Assembly (NCBI RefSeq): GCF_006345805.1
Contig: NC_043000.1
Coordinates: 89,032,001-89,096,000 of the forward strand
Direction of reading: 5' to 3'
Source of the DNA: Octopus sinensis
Taxonomy: Eukaryota
Length of the DNA stretch: 64,000 nucleotides
The notes under the pieces were generated by a model, which saw only the letters and a program-made list of their open reading frames with translations, was not told where the DNA came from and did not search any database. Each line of letters starts with the position of its first letter. Within the stretch, counting starts at the first letter, position 1. The position numbers and the translations under genes were made by a program. Positions 62,742-64,000 of the stretch are shown here, one piece after another.

Positions 62742-63820
62742 GGAAGAATATACCAAGGAATCCTGAACGCAGTTCATCAGGATAAACAGGGACAATGGAC
62801 AATGTGGGAGAATGTACTCCAAAGAAGTCTCGGCAGAATGACATACAGTATATGGCTCTTCTAAGAATCACCTTGATCTTCAAGGTTGTATATAATCTCC
62901 TGCCGTGAAATATAAACGTAATATGGTGGAAGATATTAGATAACCCTGCATGCCCACTCTGCCAAAGCAAACACACAGTTGAACATGTCCTGAGCTGGTG
63001 TAAAATGACACTAACCCAAGGGAGGTACATATGAAGACACAATCAAGTGCTCAGTGTGATTATATATGTGATTTGTACCGTGACCGGTAAGATGATGCCA
63101 CCAGAAGCTCCACCAATGTTTTATATAGCATGAGGCAAAATACTTGTGGCCTGGAACAGCTATGGCAATTGAATCATAGAAGTAGGGTCTACTGGATATA
63201 GAGTGGATGATAGGGGTGCATTGTAGACTTTCCAGAATGGGAAAATCAACCAAATATCATTAACAAGAGTGGTATGAGACCAGACTTTGTATTCCATTTC
63301 ACTTTCATCGGAACAAGTTTATTGTGATTGAACTCACTGTGCCTTATGACAGCAAAATCGAAGAACCTCACATCTATGAGACTAATAATTATGGCAATTG
63401 AACCATCAAATTTTGTGAATCATGCTTCCAAGCCAAAGTCCTCACCATAAACACAGGAGCAAAGAAGTATGTTGGTAAATCTGCATATGATCAAATATCA
63501 CAATGCTCAATTTCTGTGGAAAAGAGGATCAGAGCTCTTAAAACAATGTTAAAAGCAGCTAAAAAGAGCTCCAATTGGATCTGGTCAAGGAGGAATGAAA
63601 GTGAACTTCAGAAGGTATAACTAATCCTATATACAACTGGTATCTCAGACTGAGGTGGTTATGACAGCCAAAATGTCTTAGCTCTGGATCATCTTGACCC
63701 CACCAAAAACAAGAGCTTGCAATCCAAACAGTAGCATAGAATGCAGCACCAGAGGAGTATCCCTGGATGTGACCTGGCCTCCTTAGAGTGTGAGGATTTA
63801 AGGACTGAAACTCTTGCATG
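62742..63820 (+). mobile_element. Decayed non-LTR retrotransposon with restriction-like endonuclease (HERO-like/R2-group)
   Basis: KQGQWTMWE, CPLCQSKHTVEHVLSWC (CCHC), QGRY.RHNQVL, RPD..IELTVPYD, SSNWIWSRR; many stops and frameshifts. Confidence 0.8.
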
Positions 63821-64000
63821 TGGATGTAGTCTTCTTTGAAGACATTCTTCTGTTCATCTCTCCTTAGAGTTTCATATTACTATCTATATATATATGTTAG
63901 ACAAGTGTCTCTGTTTTGTGTTTTAGAACATGACCTTTAAGCCATGTATTGAGAAAAAGACCCATCAAGCCAAGTAAAATCATTCATGGTAGATGCTGGT

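Overview
AT-rich, microsatellite-dense animal genomic DNA. The repeat families look like those of Octopus/coleoid cephalopods (recognised from memory, no search run). The window is mostly intron of one + strand host gene. Five short exons (14087-14369, 45703-45814, 48604-48665, 57567-57653, 60318-60462) have canonical AG/GT sites, splice in phase and encode a coiled-coil protein collinear with TSNAXIP1. The first intron in view is 31.3 kb. The rest is decayed mobile DNA: three tRNA-type SINE families, an RTE LINE and many RTE 3'-UTR pieces, Penelope-like (PLE) RT/GIY-YIG/pLTR remnants, several Helitrons, mariner, piggyBac, CR1, Gypsy, a HERO-like RLE element and at least eight foldback elements. 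The most unusual structure is a nest at 15.1-18.0 kb. A 1.9-kb retroelement encoding only a gag/ORF1-like CCHC protein (no RT) is flanked by a 14-bp TSD and shares its 3' stem-loop tail with a SINE family. It is inserted into a divergent homolog of its own ORF, which is itself cargo of a Helitron. Directly downstream lies a minimal hammerhead ribozyme with a compensatory U3-A8 core. No prokaryotic systems, CRISPR arrays, rRNA or bona fide tRNA genes were seen.
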